Shown here piece after piece: positions 10,002-19,297 of a stretch of 64,000 nucleotides of DNA (its first letter is position 1; each line of letters starts with the position of its first letter). The stretch is taken from positions 30,082 to 94,081 of the IMG/VR virus record IMGVR_UViG_3300010389_000004. One strand, 5' to 3'. The position numbers and the translations under genes are program-made. The notes beneath the pieces were generated by a model. That model was not told where the DNA came from and did not search any database. It worked only from the letters and a program-made list of their open reading frames with translations. The stretch is from a virus.

Positions 10002-10835
10002 CTACCTCGGGAAACTACGTCCGGTAACAGCTAGCCACGGTCGCAGAAGTTGTCGTGCCTCAACGCAGATGTTCTGCTGCGTCGCACGCGCGAGGTCAAA
10101 GCTCTCGCTAGACCTCCCGATCTGCACTCCCGTGAGTCCTTGAGCCTGCATGTTCATGCGGCTCTGCCAGTCATTCCCAACCTCCTCTTGGCGCAGTCGG
10201 AACAAGGCTTGCACAACACAGGCTTGCTTGACTTCTGGTGGGATGAGTTCAAGCAGTGAGGCAAATACGTTGTAGGGTTGGTCGCTACCCATCGCTCGTG
10301 GGAACTGGCGCTGCCCATGAGTCCACTCCAGCGCGTAGAACGTCAGTCGAGACCCAATGAACATCTCCGTGTCGATGTCGTCAGAGGCTGTAACCAGCGC
10401 TCGAAGAGATCTGCCGGCGTCAAGGCCTGTGAGTCGTTCCCAGTCCTCCCACTCCATGCGAGTCTGCATGTAGCTCGTGGCGTAAGCCATATCTGCATAC
10501 GGCTCTCGACCGTCGGGCACTGTGGGGGAAAAGCCGGCGCCGAAGGAGAACTGCTCGAACCAGGTGTAGGTATTCCCGCCGAATTGCCCAATGAACTTGA
10601 AGAACCCATGCGTCCCTGGGTAGGACACACCAGCATCCTCGGGGTCAACCAGGTAGTCAGCGATCGAGTATGTATAGCTGTCGTCTTCTAAGGTCTGCGT
10701 AATTCCAGCAGGATAGACAAGCTCGTCCTGCTTTTGCAGCAACGCATTCAACACCTCTACCGTCAACGACGACAGCATCACCCCCTTACCGGTAGTGGGG
10801 TGGTAGAGTTGGGAAGTAACGCTGACGTTCGGCAT
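10002..10835 (-). CDS. Head-tail adaptor (DnaT-like family) with N-terminal extension
   Basis: YADMAYATSY...RALVTASDDID...RQFPR...IPPEVKQAC pattern typical of this phage adaptor family. Confidence 0.65.
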   Translation of the reverse strand: MPNVSVTSQLYHPTTGKGVMLSSLTVEVLNALLQKQDELVYPAGITQTLEDDSYTYSIADYLVDPEDAGVSYPGTHGFFKFIGQFGGNTYTWFEQFSFGAGFSPTVPDGREPYADMAYATSYMQTRMEWEDWERLTGLDAGRSLRALVTASDDIDTEMFIGSRLTFYALEWTHGQRQFPRAMGSDQPYNVFASLLELIPPEVKQACVVQALFRLRQEEVGNDWQSRMNMQAQGLTGVQIGRSSESFDLARATQQNICVEARQLLRPWLAVTGRSFPR

Positions 10836-10846
10836 GGGATCCCTAC

Positions 10847-11563
10847 CTACTCGACTGTTGCGCCCTCAGCGCCGGTTTCCCCAGGCTGGGTCTCCTCAAC
10901 GGGGACACCATCCTCCTCAAGAGTCTCTCCCGATCGAGCCTTGTCTTGTGATGCCAGCGCCTCAACCGGCGTGGGGATCGTGCTGCCAGGGACAAGCCGC
11001 GGGTCGGGGAGACGCGGCGAGTCGGAGATCCACTTGATGAGGCTACTGGTGAGGTCAGAGTCATTAGCGGTCGTGACAACACCGCGCCCGGGATACATCA
11101 ACCCCTTGGTCTCCTCTTTGTCGTCCACCACGACCTGCCCGTCAGAGCGGAGCAGGATAGCACGAGGACCGCGATAGCCGTCCTCAGTGTTGAGTTCCCA
11201 GTCCTTACAGAAGCGGAAATCCGTGGAGAGCGTGGCACCGCAGAGAAGACTGATAGCGGCTTTCGCTGCTTCCTGCCATGAGGTGTACGAGGTCGAGCAA
11301 TGCCCGTCCACGCCCGGCACGTCTTTCAAGATTGACCAGGCGCCGTCCGTGTCAAAAACGTAGGCGTGTTTCATCCGGTCAAACTGGACAGAGAAGCCCA
11401 CGTCGAACTTGCGGTCTGCTTGGGTGGTAGACTCAACCTCTGAGCGAAAATGGACGTGATCCATTACCCAGTACGCTGAGTATTCCTTCCCATCGTTGCC
11501 CTTGATGCTGGCGTACTTGGAAGGAACGTCGACAGGAACCAGGTTATCCGTCAGGAAGCTCAT
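10847..11563 (-). CDS. Hypothetical protein in the neck operon
   Basis: 238-aa ORF with RBS, tightly packed between neighbours. Confidence 0.7.
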   Translation of the reverse strand: MSFLTDNLVPVDVPSKYASIKGNDGKEYSAYWVMDHVHFRSEVESTTQADRKFDVGFSVQFDRMKHAYVFDTDGAWSILKDVPGVDGHCSTSYTSWQEAAKAAISLLCGATLSTDFRFCKDWELNTEDGYRGPRAILLRSDGQVVVDDKEETKGLMYPGRGVVTTANDSDLTSSLIKWISDSPRLPDPRLVPGSTIPTPVEALASQDKARSGETLEEDGVPVEETQPGETGAEGATVE

Positions 11564-11566
11564 ACT

Positions 11567-12124
11567 TTACTCCTTCAAGAGAGCGTCGATCTTTTCCGAC
11601 TCCTTGTCGTAAGTTCGCTCCCAACCTTCGATTTCGCGCTTGACGTATGTTACCCGCGCACTGAACTTATCCAAAAGGGAAGTCACCTCTTTCCGTGCTT
11701 CCTCGCCTTTCTTACGCAAGGCTTCTTGCTCGTCGTCGGGAAGATCCTTGACCGAGCGGGTGTCGTACAGCAACAGCTCCTTCCCCCTCATTTTCAGGAA
11801 GGGCTCAGAGAGACGCGCGAATATCCGCTCGATGAGGTTCAGATCGCGCTTGGTGCTGAGTTCCTTGGCTTCGTCTTCCAACCGCTCGTACTGATCAATG
11901 ATCTTGAGCAGAGGCCGGCGCGATGCAAAACGGTTGGGGATATTGCTGTAGAGGTAGTCGGCCGAGACCCTGGCGATCTTCATCCGGTCGGTGAGTTCTT
12001 TTACCTCAATATCCCACGCGTGCTTGGTGGCTGAGTCAGCACGCAGCATACCGCGGAGAGTTTTCAAGTGTCTCTCCGCGGTATTCGCCGCTGCACGGAC
12101 TATCTGTACCTGTCTGGCTGCCAC
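11567..12124 (-). CDS. Hypothetical charged alpha-helical protein
   Basis: 185-aa K/R/E-rich ORF with 3-nt gaps on both sides. Confidence 0.7.
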   Translation of the reverse strand: MAARQVQIVRAAANTAERHLKTLRGMLRADSATKHAWDIEVKELTDRMKIARVSADYLYSNIPNRFASRRPLLKIIDQYERLEDEAKELSTKRDLNLIERIFARLSEPFLKMRGKELLLYDTRSVKDLPDDEQEALRKKGEEARKEVTSLLDKFSARVTYVKREIEGWERTYDKESEKIDALLKE

Positions 12125-12127
12125 CGT

Positions 12128-12913
12128 TTAGTCTCCCCAGTTGATTCTCTTCACTTGCGCGACCAGTTCGGCGTGCAAGGCTTCCGTGCGAGAGAAGGAC
12201 GCATCCAAGAGCTTCTTCTTCTTCTTCTTCTTACCGAGATCTTCAAGCACTCGATCAAGCGCCTTGGCTTCCTTCTCTGCCTCACTCAGCTTGCGCTCTG
12301 CCGCACGGACCTCGGCTTGATCCTCGGGGTCCGCCGCATCCAAAGGGTCTTTGAACTTCCCAGCCACCTCGCTTCGGTGCCAGTCGTGGACCCGCCCAAC
12401 GATCATCCCGCCGACAACGAGTATAGCCCCAAACCCAAGAAACGTTTTCAACCCCACTGAGAAAGCTGCTGCTGCTGTCTTCCCCGCAGCTATGGCCGCT
12501 TTCTCCAACAGCGCAGACGAGACTAAGGTAGTCGCAGCCCCCGCGATCGCCGCGGTGTACAAACCCCAGTGCCGGAGTATGTAGGGCTCCATGTCGGAAA
12601 TCTCTCGGGCGTACTTGGACGCTGACTCAGCTACTGCGGAAAGCTGTGCAGCTTTCGTTTCAGCCCCGCTTGCAGAAGAAGTCTTGGGCAGGTGATCCAA
12701 AATACGATCGGCTTCCTTGCGGACCCTTTCAAACGCGTCAGCCAGGTCATCCACGTTGTAGGACCAAGCCTTCTTAGCTGTCGCGTGATCCAGCTTAGCC
12801 TGCTTGATCGACTGGTCGATCTCGCGCATTTCCTTTTTGGCCTTATTGAAGGCATTGTCAATGTCGTTGAGATCCTTATTCAGATCTCGTTCATCGTAAG
12901 AAAACCAACCCAT
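12128..12913 (-). CDS. Coiled-coil/hydrophobic-core protein, paralog 2 (MGWFSY...)
   Basis: First 37 aa identical to 12953-13726; central Gly/Ala hydrophobic region; GAAGGAG RBS. Confidence 0.85.
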   Translation of the reverse strand: MGWFSYDERDLNKDLNDIDNAFNKAKKEMREIDQSIKQAKLDHATAKKAWSYNVDDLADAFERVRKEADRILDHLPKTSSASGAETKAAQLSAVAESASKYAREISDMEPYILRHWGLYTAAIAGAATTLVSSALLEKAAIAAGKTAAAAFSVGLKTFLGFGAILVVGGMIVGRVHDWHRSEVAGKFKDPLDAADPEDQAEVRAAERKLSEAEKEAKALDRVLEDLGKKKKKKKLLDASFSRTEALHAELVAQVKRINWGD

Positions 12914-12926
12914 GATTTCTCCTTCT
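12804..12926. repeat. 123-bp near-identical direct repeat, copy 2 (copy 1 at 13617-13739)
   Basis: Two mismatches, both synonymous GAT/GAC; the repeat includes the RBS; offset 813 bp. Confidence 0.9.
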
Positions 12927-12952
12927 AGGGAGCGTGCGAACTGATGGAGTGT

Positions 12953-13726
12953 TTACTCGTCCCAGTTGGCTTTCTTGGCTTGGGACACCAGAGCGGAGTG
13001 CAGAGACTCCATGCGCGTGAACGCGGCGTCCAAGAGCTTCTTCTTCTTGCCGAGGTCTTCCACCACGCGGTCGAGTTCCTTGGCTTCCTTCTCTGCTTCG
13101 GAGAGCTTCTTCTCAGCCTCGCGGGTTTTCGACTGCTCCAACGGATCGAGAGCTTTCAAAGGGTCTTTGAACTCCTTGGTGACGGTGTTCTTCACCCAGT
13201 CCCAAAAGCGTCCGCCCACCATCGACAGACCAATAGCTACCGGAGCGGCTGCGATCATCGCGCCAGTGCCGATAGCAAGAGCACCCGCAGCCGAAGCCCC
13301 GAGAGCTGCTACGACCTGGCCGACTTGAAGACCCACGGCTACCGAATTCGAAGCACCCGACACTGCGCCGAGTAGCAACGTCCAGTGACGAATGAGGCGA
13401 GGCTCCAATTCAGAAACCTGCTTCGCGTAGTCTTGAGCTGACTTCGCCACCGTCGCCAACTGAGAGGCCTTATCAGCAAGGTCAGACTTGCCGGATTTGT
13501 CCATTTTGCTTTGGATGCGTTCGGCCTCATCCACAACGTCCTTGAAGGCTCTCGCCAAGTCATCCACGTTGTAGGACCAAGCCTTCTTGGAAGAACTCGA
13601 ATTCAGCTTGGCGCCTTTGATCGACTGGTCGATCTCGCGCATTTCCTTTTTGGCCTTATTGAAGGCATTGTCAATGTCGTTGAGGTCCTTATTCAGGTCT
13701 CGTTCATCGTAAGAAAACCAACCCAT
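12953..13726 (-). CDS. Coiled-coil/hydrophobic-core protein, paralog 1 (MGWFSY...)
   Basis: Tandem duplicate of 12128-12913. Confidence 0.85.
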   Translation of the reverse strand: MGWFSYDERDLNKDLNDIDNAFNKAKKEMREIDQSIKGAKLNSSSSKKAWSYNVDDLARAFKDVVDEAERIQSKMDKSGKSDLADKASQLATVAKSAQDYAKQVSELEPRLIRHWTLLLGAVSGASNSVAVGLQVGQVVAALGASAAGALAIGTGAMIAAAPVAIGLSMVGGRFWDWVKNTVTKEFKDPLKALDPLEQSKTREAEKKLSEAEKEAKELDRVVEDLGKKKKLLDAAFTRMESLHSALVSQAKKANWDE

Positions 13727-13739
13727 GATTTCTCCTTCT
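13617..13739. repeat. 123-bp near-identical direct repeat, copy 1
   Basis: Matches 12804-12926. Confidence 0.9.
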
Positions 13740-13776
13740 TTGGAACTACAGTGGGTCGGTGCCCACGGTGACTACC

Positions 13777-14661
13777 TTATTTACGGACGTCTCCCAGCAA
13801 CTCGTTGAACTTGTCACGCGCCCACTTGTTGAGGGCAACCAAGGCTGCCGATATCTCGGGCGGAGTTCTGTCAGAGGCTAGCTGGTTTTCCTTGCGGAGC
13901 TTCGCAGTGAGTCGCACAGCAGCGCGGACGATCGACTGCGAAGCCTCAATCTTTTCTTTCGTGAAGTCGCCTTTTGGCGATAGGGAATGCACGAACTTGT
14001 CAAACGCCACGAGATAGTTTTCGAAATCAGAGATGTGTGCGTCGAGCGTATCACTGGGGATGTCCTTCGGGAAGTCTGACACCTCCGACAGGAACGCTTC
14101 AAGACGGCTGATATAGGAGGTGAGCTTACCGGAGCCATAGGCGATGCTGTTATTACCGCGAGAGTTGATGATCTTGCTGATCACTGGCTGCGAGGCACCG
14201 AACTTTTGCGCGAGCTGCGCTTGGGTGTATTTACCCGTCTCGTACAACCGAACGATCTGCGCTACCTGCTTATCCGAAAACTTATGGTTCGGGTTATTCT
14301 CGCCGGCAAGAGATCCTGCCGCCCGACGGTCAAGTGCGTTGTCTTGCTTGGTGCCCCACTTCAGATTTCGCAGTGCGTTGTTTCGGCGGTCGTTGTCGAT
14401 ATGCCTGACGTCGTGTGCGTCGCTCGGGCGATCTTGTCCGAAGGCTTTGAGAACAGCGTGGTGGGCTTTGTAGGTTTTGCGCTGACCGTCCACGATCGCC
14501 ACGAAGTAGTGGTATCCGTTCGGGTGAGTTCCCAAACTGATCGGCTTGGGCGTTCCGCTCTTTACCGTGGAACGGATATTGCCGAGGTTGGATGCCTCAT
14601 AGCCTGCGGCATCGGGAATCCCACGCCACTCTTCCTGGGGGGTCTGTTCTTCAGAATCCAT
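13777..14661 (-). CDS. NUMOD4-HNH homing endonuclease with HTH and an extra C-terminal domain
   Basis: EEWRGIP..YEASNLGNIRS (NUMOD4), DVRHIDNDRRNNALRNLKW (HNH), TQAQLAQKFGASQPVISKI (HTH). Confidence 0.85.
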   Translation of the reverse strand: MDSEEQTPQEEWRGIPDAAGYEASNLGNIRSTVKSGTPKPISLGTHPNGYHYFVAIVDGQRKTYKAHHAVLKAFGQDRPSDAHDVRHIDNDRRNNALRNLKWGTKQDNALDRRAAGSLAGENNPNHKFSDKQVAQIVRLYETGKYTQAQLAQKFGASQPVISKIINSRGNNSIAYGSGKLTSYISRLEAFLSEVSDFPKDIPSDTLDAHISDFENYLVAFDKFVHSLSPKGDFTKEKIEASQSIVRAAVRLTAKLRKENQLASDRTPPEISAALVALNKWARDKFNELLGDVRK

Positions 14662-15068
14662 TACGCGTCTCCGTCAAACCTCAAGTACCTCTCGACCTCT
14701 AATTCAAACAGAGCTTGGTAGTAGGAGCTGTTCTGTTCAAGCGGAGCGCTCAGATACTTTGCTGCACCAAAAAACCCGAGAGACGGGTGGTTGTAGGGAA
14801 CGTTGTGCTGACGCTCAGCGTATGGCGTGTCATAGACAACCCTGACGATCGACAACGCCTTCGAGATGGTAGGGAGCACTTGAATGCTCGATGAATCTTT
14901 CAGACGTCCGGTGAGGACAGGGACAAAGGCTTGCGAGTCTGATTGAATCCTTCGAGCTACGGCAATTTGAGCGTGGACAACGGCTTTAGCCAGACGGTCT
15001 TTGATACTCTGAATGCTCACGGCATTCCGAATATCCATTGCGACGTAACCAGCCTTGTCCACGCTCAT
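14661..15068 (-). CDS. Neck/tail-completion protein (HK97 gp10 / minor capsid-like family)
   Basis: VPVLTGRLKDSS...VYDTPYAERQH...AKYL motifs. Confidence 0.75.
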   Translation of the reverse strand: MSVDKAGYVAMDIRNAVSIQSIKDRLAKAVVHAQIAVARRIQSDSQAFVPVLTGRLKDSSSIQVLPTISKALSIVRVVYDTPYAERQHNVPYNHPSLGFFGAAKYLSAPLEQNSSYYQALFELEVERYLRFDGDA

Positions 15069-15077
15069 ACTGTGACC

Positions 15078-15959
15078 CTATTTGCCGGGAACGTACTTGG
15101 CGTACTCGGTCGGGTTGTTGACCTTCAGGTAGGGGAGGTATTCCTCATTCCACCAGGTCGCGTATGCAGGGTCGTTCGTGTCCTGCGTTGGAGGTTTCGG
15201 AGGAATAGCCAGACCCTTGGGGCCGGCCAGATCTTCCTGCTGGAGTGTCGAGTTGGTCGAGGAATTCGCAACCTGATTGGGAGACACGATGTCCGTACCG
15301 AAACCAATGGGAACGCCGCCCACACGGGACGACCCAGGCATGACGCTCTTGGGGACGTTCTCGCGCTCAGCGGTTTGGAGAGTTTCACCAGGCTCAGGGT
15401 CTCGCCACGCGACGAAGCTAAGGCGGACGCGCTCTTCGTCAGTCAGGTACTTGGAGACGAAGACCTTCTTGCCGTCCTTATTGACGTCAACCGTCATCTC
15501 TTCCCGAATCGAAGAAACAGCGTAGCGGTTGAGCTGAGTAATCAGCTTGATCGCCACCGGCACTGGAATTTGCACTGCCGCAAAAGGAACCAGCACGGTG
15601 CGGGTGCGGTTGAATACCACAGACACCACACGGCTGGTGGAAACTTCGATCATCCAGGACTTGATGAAGTCCAGGGCGGCAGAGCGGATAGGCTCTTCCG
15701 TCTCGTCGAGAATCTCCATGAGCACCAAGAGTTTGGGGAGAGGCTCATTCTCCGAAAACGCGCGGCGGCCGTGGTGCTGAAGGAAGTGGTTGTTCCAGCG
15801 GTTGCGGGCAGACGCTTCGATCTTCTGGATTTCCAAGTTCCGGCGGGGCGAGAACTTGTCGTAGTCACTACTCTCCGGGTAAGCGTGTGACAGGGAAGGC
15901 AACCGCGTGTTTTGCGCGGTAGGTATTGAGCCGGGAGGGGGCATCAGTTCTGACGACAT
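15078..15959 (-). CDS. Hypothetical protein downstream of the major capsid gene
   Basis: Start moved to the ATG at 15959 (AAGGAG RBS), downstream of the capsid terminator. Confidence 0.7.
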   Translation of the reverse strand: MSSELMPPPGSIPTAQNTRLPSLSHAYPESSDYDKFSPRRNLEIQKIEASARNRWNNHFLQHHGRRAFSENEPLPKLLVLMEILDETEEPIRSAALDFIKSWMIEVSTSRVVSVVFNRTRTVLVPFAAVQIPVPVAIKLITQLNRYAVSSIREEMTVDVNKDGKKVFVSKYLTDEERVRLSFVAWRDPEPGETLQTAERENVPKSVMPGSSRVGGVPIGFGTDIVSPNQVANSSTNSTLQQEDLAGPKGLAIPPKPPTQDTNDPAYATWWNEEYLPYLKVNNPTEYAKYVPGK

Positions 15960-15973
15960 TCGAATCTCCTTAC

Positions 15974-16012
15974 AAAATGATGAGAGGCAGCCAATTGACT
16001 GCCTCTCATCAT
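15974..16012 (-). terminator. Intrinsic terminator after the major capsid gene
   Basis: 14-bp stem ATGATGAGAGGCAG/CTGCCTCTCATCAT, followed by TTT on the minus strand. Confidence 0.65.
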
Positions 16013-16051
16013 CACTTGGCAATTACTGCAAGTCCAGCTACGAATCAGGGA

Positions 16052-17056
16052 TTACGCATCGCTGATGTCTTGCAGAGAAGCGCCGAGGTACGGGTTCTTG
16101 TAGAGCAGGAGGCTGTAGGTCTTCGCCCACATCGCGGTTGCGTCCTGATCGCCCGCATCACGAGGTTCGATCGTGAAGTCCTGGAGAACGTGATACTCCA
16201 GAAGATCAACGTCGATGAAGTCGATGCGGTTGTTCTCGTAGAGAGGAACAGCGGTGATTGCCACGCCCTTGAAGTAGAGCGTGCTGGTACCGCCGTGGTA
16301 GGACGGAGCCTTTTCCGGCTCCCGGTCGGCGGCGTAGTGGAAGGTACGGTCTGCGGAGAGCAGAGCGCCGATCGCACGGTGAACGCCGGGGGAGCAGAAG
16401 ATGTGGGTGATCTTGCCACGACGGATGTCGCGCAATTCGGACATGATGTTCTCAGCCAGCAATTCCGTGAACGGACGGTTCGTGCCGGGCGAGACGGGGT
16501 TCGGACTGACGATCGACTGCCACCAAGTGTAGGTGGAGCGGTTGATACCGGCGTACTCGGTAGCGAGCGTGCCGTCGTCAATTGCCGCTTGAATGCCGAT
16601 CAGGTCAGTGCCGGAGGAGCTGAGCGAGCTGTTGGCGCCATTCAGACCGCCAACACCGTCAGAAAGCATTTGCAGGTTCATGTTGTTTTGAAGCTGCTTC
16701 ACGCCTTGCTCAGTTTCCTCAGCGATGGCGTCAATGATCGCACGCTCAGATTGCGTGACAGCTTGGGCCAGGCCGCTCACGCGCGTCGGAACGCCGTTGA
16801 GCTTCCAGTCCATTGAAGCGGTCATGAACTGATTGCGCAGGTCATTGCGGTTGATGCCGATCGAGCCGTCTTCACGGTAAGAACCGGCCGCGGGGTTGGA
16901 GCTGTACTGGACTTTCCAGCGAACGTCCTTCTCCTTGGTGGCCTTCTTCTTCGGTTCGATCAGACTCATGAACACGGTGTTGCGAGCGAAGGTTCGATAG
17001 AACACCTTTTCGAACTCTTCCTTGACGATCACCGCAGCGTCGTTGAATGAAAACAT
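16052..17056 (-). CDS. Major capsid protein (HK97 fold)
   Basis: 334 aa after the scaffold; patterns SYREDG..., ASMDWK...VSG, MNLQMLSDG, YAGINRSTYTWW; followed by a terminator. Confidence 0.85.
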   Translation of the reverse strand: MFSFNDAAVIVKEEFEKVFYRTFARNTVFMSLIEPKKKATKEKDVRWKVQYSSNPAAGSYREDGSIGINRNDLRNQFMTASMDWKLNGVPTRVSGLAQAVTQSERAIIDAIAEETEQGVKQLQNNMNLQMLSDGVGGLNGANSSLSSSGTDLIGIQAAIDDGTLATEYAGINRSTYTWWQSIVSPNPVSPGTNRPFTELLAENIMSELRDIRRGKITHIFCSPGVHRAIGALLSADRTFHYAADREPEKAPSYHGGTSTLYFKGVAITAVPLYENNRIDFIDVDLLEYHVLQDFTIEPRDAGDQDATAMWAKTYSLLLYKNPYLGASLQDISDA

Positions 17057-17118
17057 GTGGAAGTCCCTCTTGGTTTGATGTGGTAGTGCGACACCTCTTT
17101 GGGGACTCCCAAACGAAG

Positions 17119-17152
17119 GTGGGTGATATCAGCTACTGCCGATATCACCCAC
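17119..17152 (-). promoter_or_regulatory. Stable hairpin in the capsid gene 5' leader
   Basis: GTGGGTGATATC-a-GC-tact-GC-c-GATATCACCCAC; the A/C mismatch is G-U on the minus strand. Confidence 0.55.
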
Positions 17153-17195
17153 GCTAGAACACATCCATGCTTCAGATCAAGCAAAAAGGTTCGTC

Positions 17196-18287
17196 TTAGT
17201 CCGTAGCGATTTTCTGAGAGAGCCTACGCACGACGGCATCCTTGGCGTCTTCGAAAGTCTCCGACTGCTTTTCGGGGATTTTCGGAGCTTCACGCGGCAC
17301 ACTGCCTCGTGTTGACCCCGTGTTTGTAGAGGGCGGCGGGACTTGAGAGCGAGCTTGCTCGATCGCCTTCTGGCGCTCTTCTTCCAGCCGCTTGTTGGTG
17401 GTCTCTTTGAACATTGAGGGGATTTTGGCTTTCATCTTTTCCAGCGCGTTCTTGTACGCGAGGCTGGAATTACCCTCGGAGGACACCTCGTTGTTCACCT
17501 GCTGAAAAGCAATCTGAACCATGTCCTCGTGAATGCCCATCTCTTCAGCGATGTTTCGGAAGGTCGCCCAATTCGCGGTGTATTGAGCTTGCTTCTTCTC
17601 TTTGAGGATCTGTTCCTTCTCAGCCTGAAGACGTTTCGCTGACTCCTGCGCCGCTGCCAGCTTCTGCGCGAGAGTGGCTGCCTCTTCCTGAGCTAGCGCA
17701 GTCTTACGGGCGACACGTTCTGCGATCGCAGCGTGCAACCCCGCGGTATCAAAGGAGCCATCCTCCTTCTTGAACTTCTCGAAGAGCTGGTTGAATTCCT
17801 CAGTCGTAAGGTCAGCTTGCGGGGCGTCGGACTGAAGCTGTTTCGCCGGCGGATCCTCTTGCTTCTCCGGTTCGTCCTGTTTCTCCGGCGGGGTGTCTTC
17901 CTGTTTCGGAGTCTCCTGCTCCTCGGGCTCATCCCAAGGGTCTCGGGGTGCATCAGGCGGAAGATCCTCGGTAGTGACCTTGGGTTTTGACGACTCAGTG
18001 CGGGATTTCACCCGCTCCATGATCTGTGCCATGCGTGAGTTATCGTCGTCGGACAGCTTACGCAGGTAAGTATCGCTCTGACGGCTCTTGTCCTGCTCTT
18101 GCTGAAGTTGAGCTTCATACTCAGCGATCGCGCCTTTGAGATCAAAAGAGCGAGCAGCGATCGTGCCCTCAATCTGACCACGCTCTTTCGCTTCTTCGAG
18201 CTTCTGTTCGTGGTCGATCTTGTCATCAGCTCTTTTGCCGGCAGCCTCAACAGCGCCTGCAAATTCCGAGGACCCATTGGTGTTCAT
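17196..18287 (-). CDS. Capsid scaffolding protein
   Basis: Acidic coiled-coil protein immediately upstream of the capsid gene. Confidence 0.75.
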   Translation of the reverse strand: MNTNGSSEFAGAVEAAGKRADDKIDHEQKLEEAKERGQIEGTIAARSFDLKGAIAEYEAQLQQEQDKSRQSDTYLRKLSDDDNSRMAQIMERVKSRTESSKPKVTTEDLPPDAPRDPWDEPEEQETPKQEDTPPEKQDEPEKQEDPPAKQLQSDAPQADLTTEEFNQLFEKFKKEDGSFDTAGLHAAIAERVARKTALAQEEAATLAQKLAAAQESAKRLQAEKEQILKEKKQAQYTANWATFRNIAEEMGIHEDMVQIAFQQVNNEVSSEGNSSLAYKNALEKMKAKIPSMFKETTNKRLEEERQKAIEQARSQVPPPSTNTGSTRGSVPREAPKIPEKQSETFEDAKDAVVRRLSQKIATD

Positions 18288-18296
18288 CTGCGTCTC

Positions 18297-19181
18297 CTAC
18301 AACGACGTAATGTGAGGGTTTGGGCGTTTTCTCTTCCGAACCCCGTCACGGCCTATGAAACCCTGGACATCTTCCAAGGTGAGAATCTTCCCGAACTTAC
18401 CATCGTAAGTGTCGGTGTTTTGCTGGAAGCTCCTGTCAATCCCGTGCCTACAGTTCGGGTGAAACAGATTTGGACTCAGCCAGCGCTGCGCAAACATGAA
18501 TGCGTCCGGGGTCATTACCCTGCCTTGACACAAGATGCACGTTTGGGCGGACTCCGGTACTGTACCTGGGTTTGTGATTTTGACCAAGCTCTTTGACCGC
18601 GGTACGTTCTTCGCGTATTCGTCAAAGCGCTTCAGCTCGACGTCAGCCTCTCTCACGAAGTTGGCTGGTAGGGTGCGCGAGAGCATCTTCATCGCGGACA
18701 CCAAGCGCAGACGGTAGAGGCGAGAGTAGTCAGACTGCGTGCGCAGGACAGCCGCCAGCATTCCCTCAGAAGGCTTGGGCTTTACCTGCTTGTTCCCCAA
18801 CAACCAATCCCCGATCCTCTGCATGATCGAGCGGCCTTGTCGATTATGGACGGCTTGATCGTCGATCGAGTTGATTGCAGTGCCGAAGTAGCCGCGCAGA
18901 GACTGATCCCATCGGTTCTTGAATCTGACAGCCAAGGCATCCATCAGAATGCCGGCTTGTTCATTACCGGTGCGGTTGGTTTTCTCCAGGTACCACTGCC
19001 CGAGCCTTGTGATTTCCTCATGCCCGAGCTTGGTGAACTTCTCCTGGAAATCCCTGAGCTTCTTGGAGGACAGCTTGCGCACGTCCTTTTCAACCTGCTG
19101 CTGGTACGAACTCAACTCTCGCACCGCTGAGGCGAAGGAAGCGTTAGTGAAGAATTGGTTCGTGGGAGGTTTCATGGACAA
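18297..19181 (-). CDS. Minor capsid / head morphogenesis protein (MuF-like)
   Basis: C-x2-C-QGRV...FHPNCRH motif. Confidence 0.8.
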   Translation of the reverse strand: MSMKPPTNQFFTNASFASAVRELSSYQQQVEKDVRKLSSKKLRDFQEKFTKLGHEEITRLGQWYLEKTNRTGNEQAGILMDALAVRFKNRWDQSLRGYFGTAINSIDDQAVHNRQGRSIMQRIGDWLLGNKQVKPKPSEGMLAAVLRTQSDYSRLYRLRLVSAMKMLSRTLPANFVREADVELKRFDEYAKNVPRSKSLVKITNPGTVPESAQTCILCQGRVMTPDAFMFAQRWLSPNLFHPNCRHGIDRSFQQNTDTYDGKFGKILTLEDVQGFIGRDGVRKRKRPNPHITSL

Positions 19182-19207
19182 CCATCCTACTCACGCACAC
19201 GCGCCAT

Positions 19208-19245
19208 AAAAAACGAAATACCCTGCGCAGGAGCAGGGTATTTCG
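19208..19245 (-). terminator. Intrinsic terminator
   Basis: 13-bp stem CGAAATACCCTGC/GCAGGGTATTTCG plus T6 on the minus strand. Confidence 0.8.
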
Positions 19246-19297
19246 CCGTCGTCGTAGGAAAGAGAGTCACCTTCCTCATGCTACATACGGGTGAGAC

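Noticed and set aside
12128-13739. Diversity-generating retroelement template/variable repeat pair
   Set aside because: No reverse transcriptase is present, and the repeat covers the RBS and N-terminus of two intact genes with only two synonymous changes.
17151-17180. Promoter TTGATC-18-TAGCGT upstream of the capsid gene
   Set aside because: Weak match that overlaps the leader hairpin.
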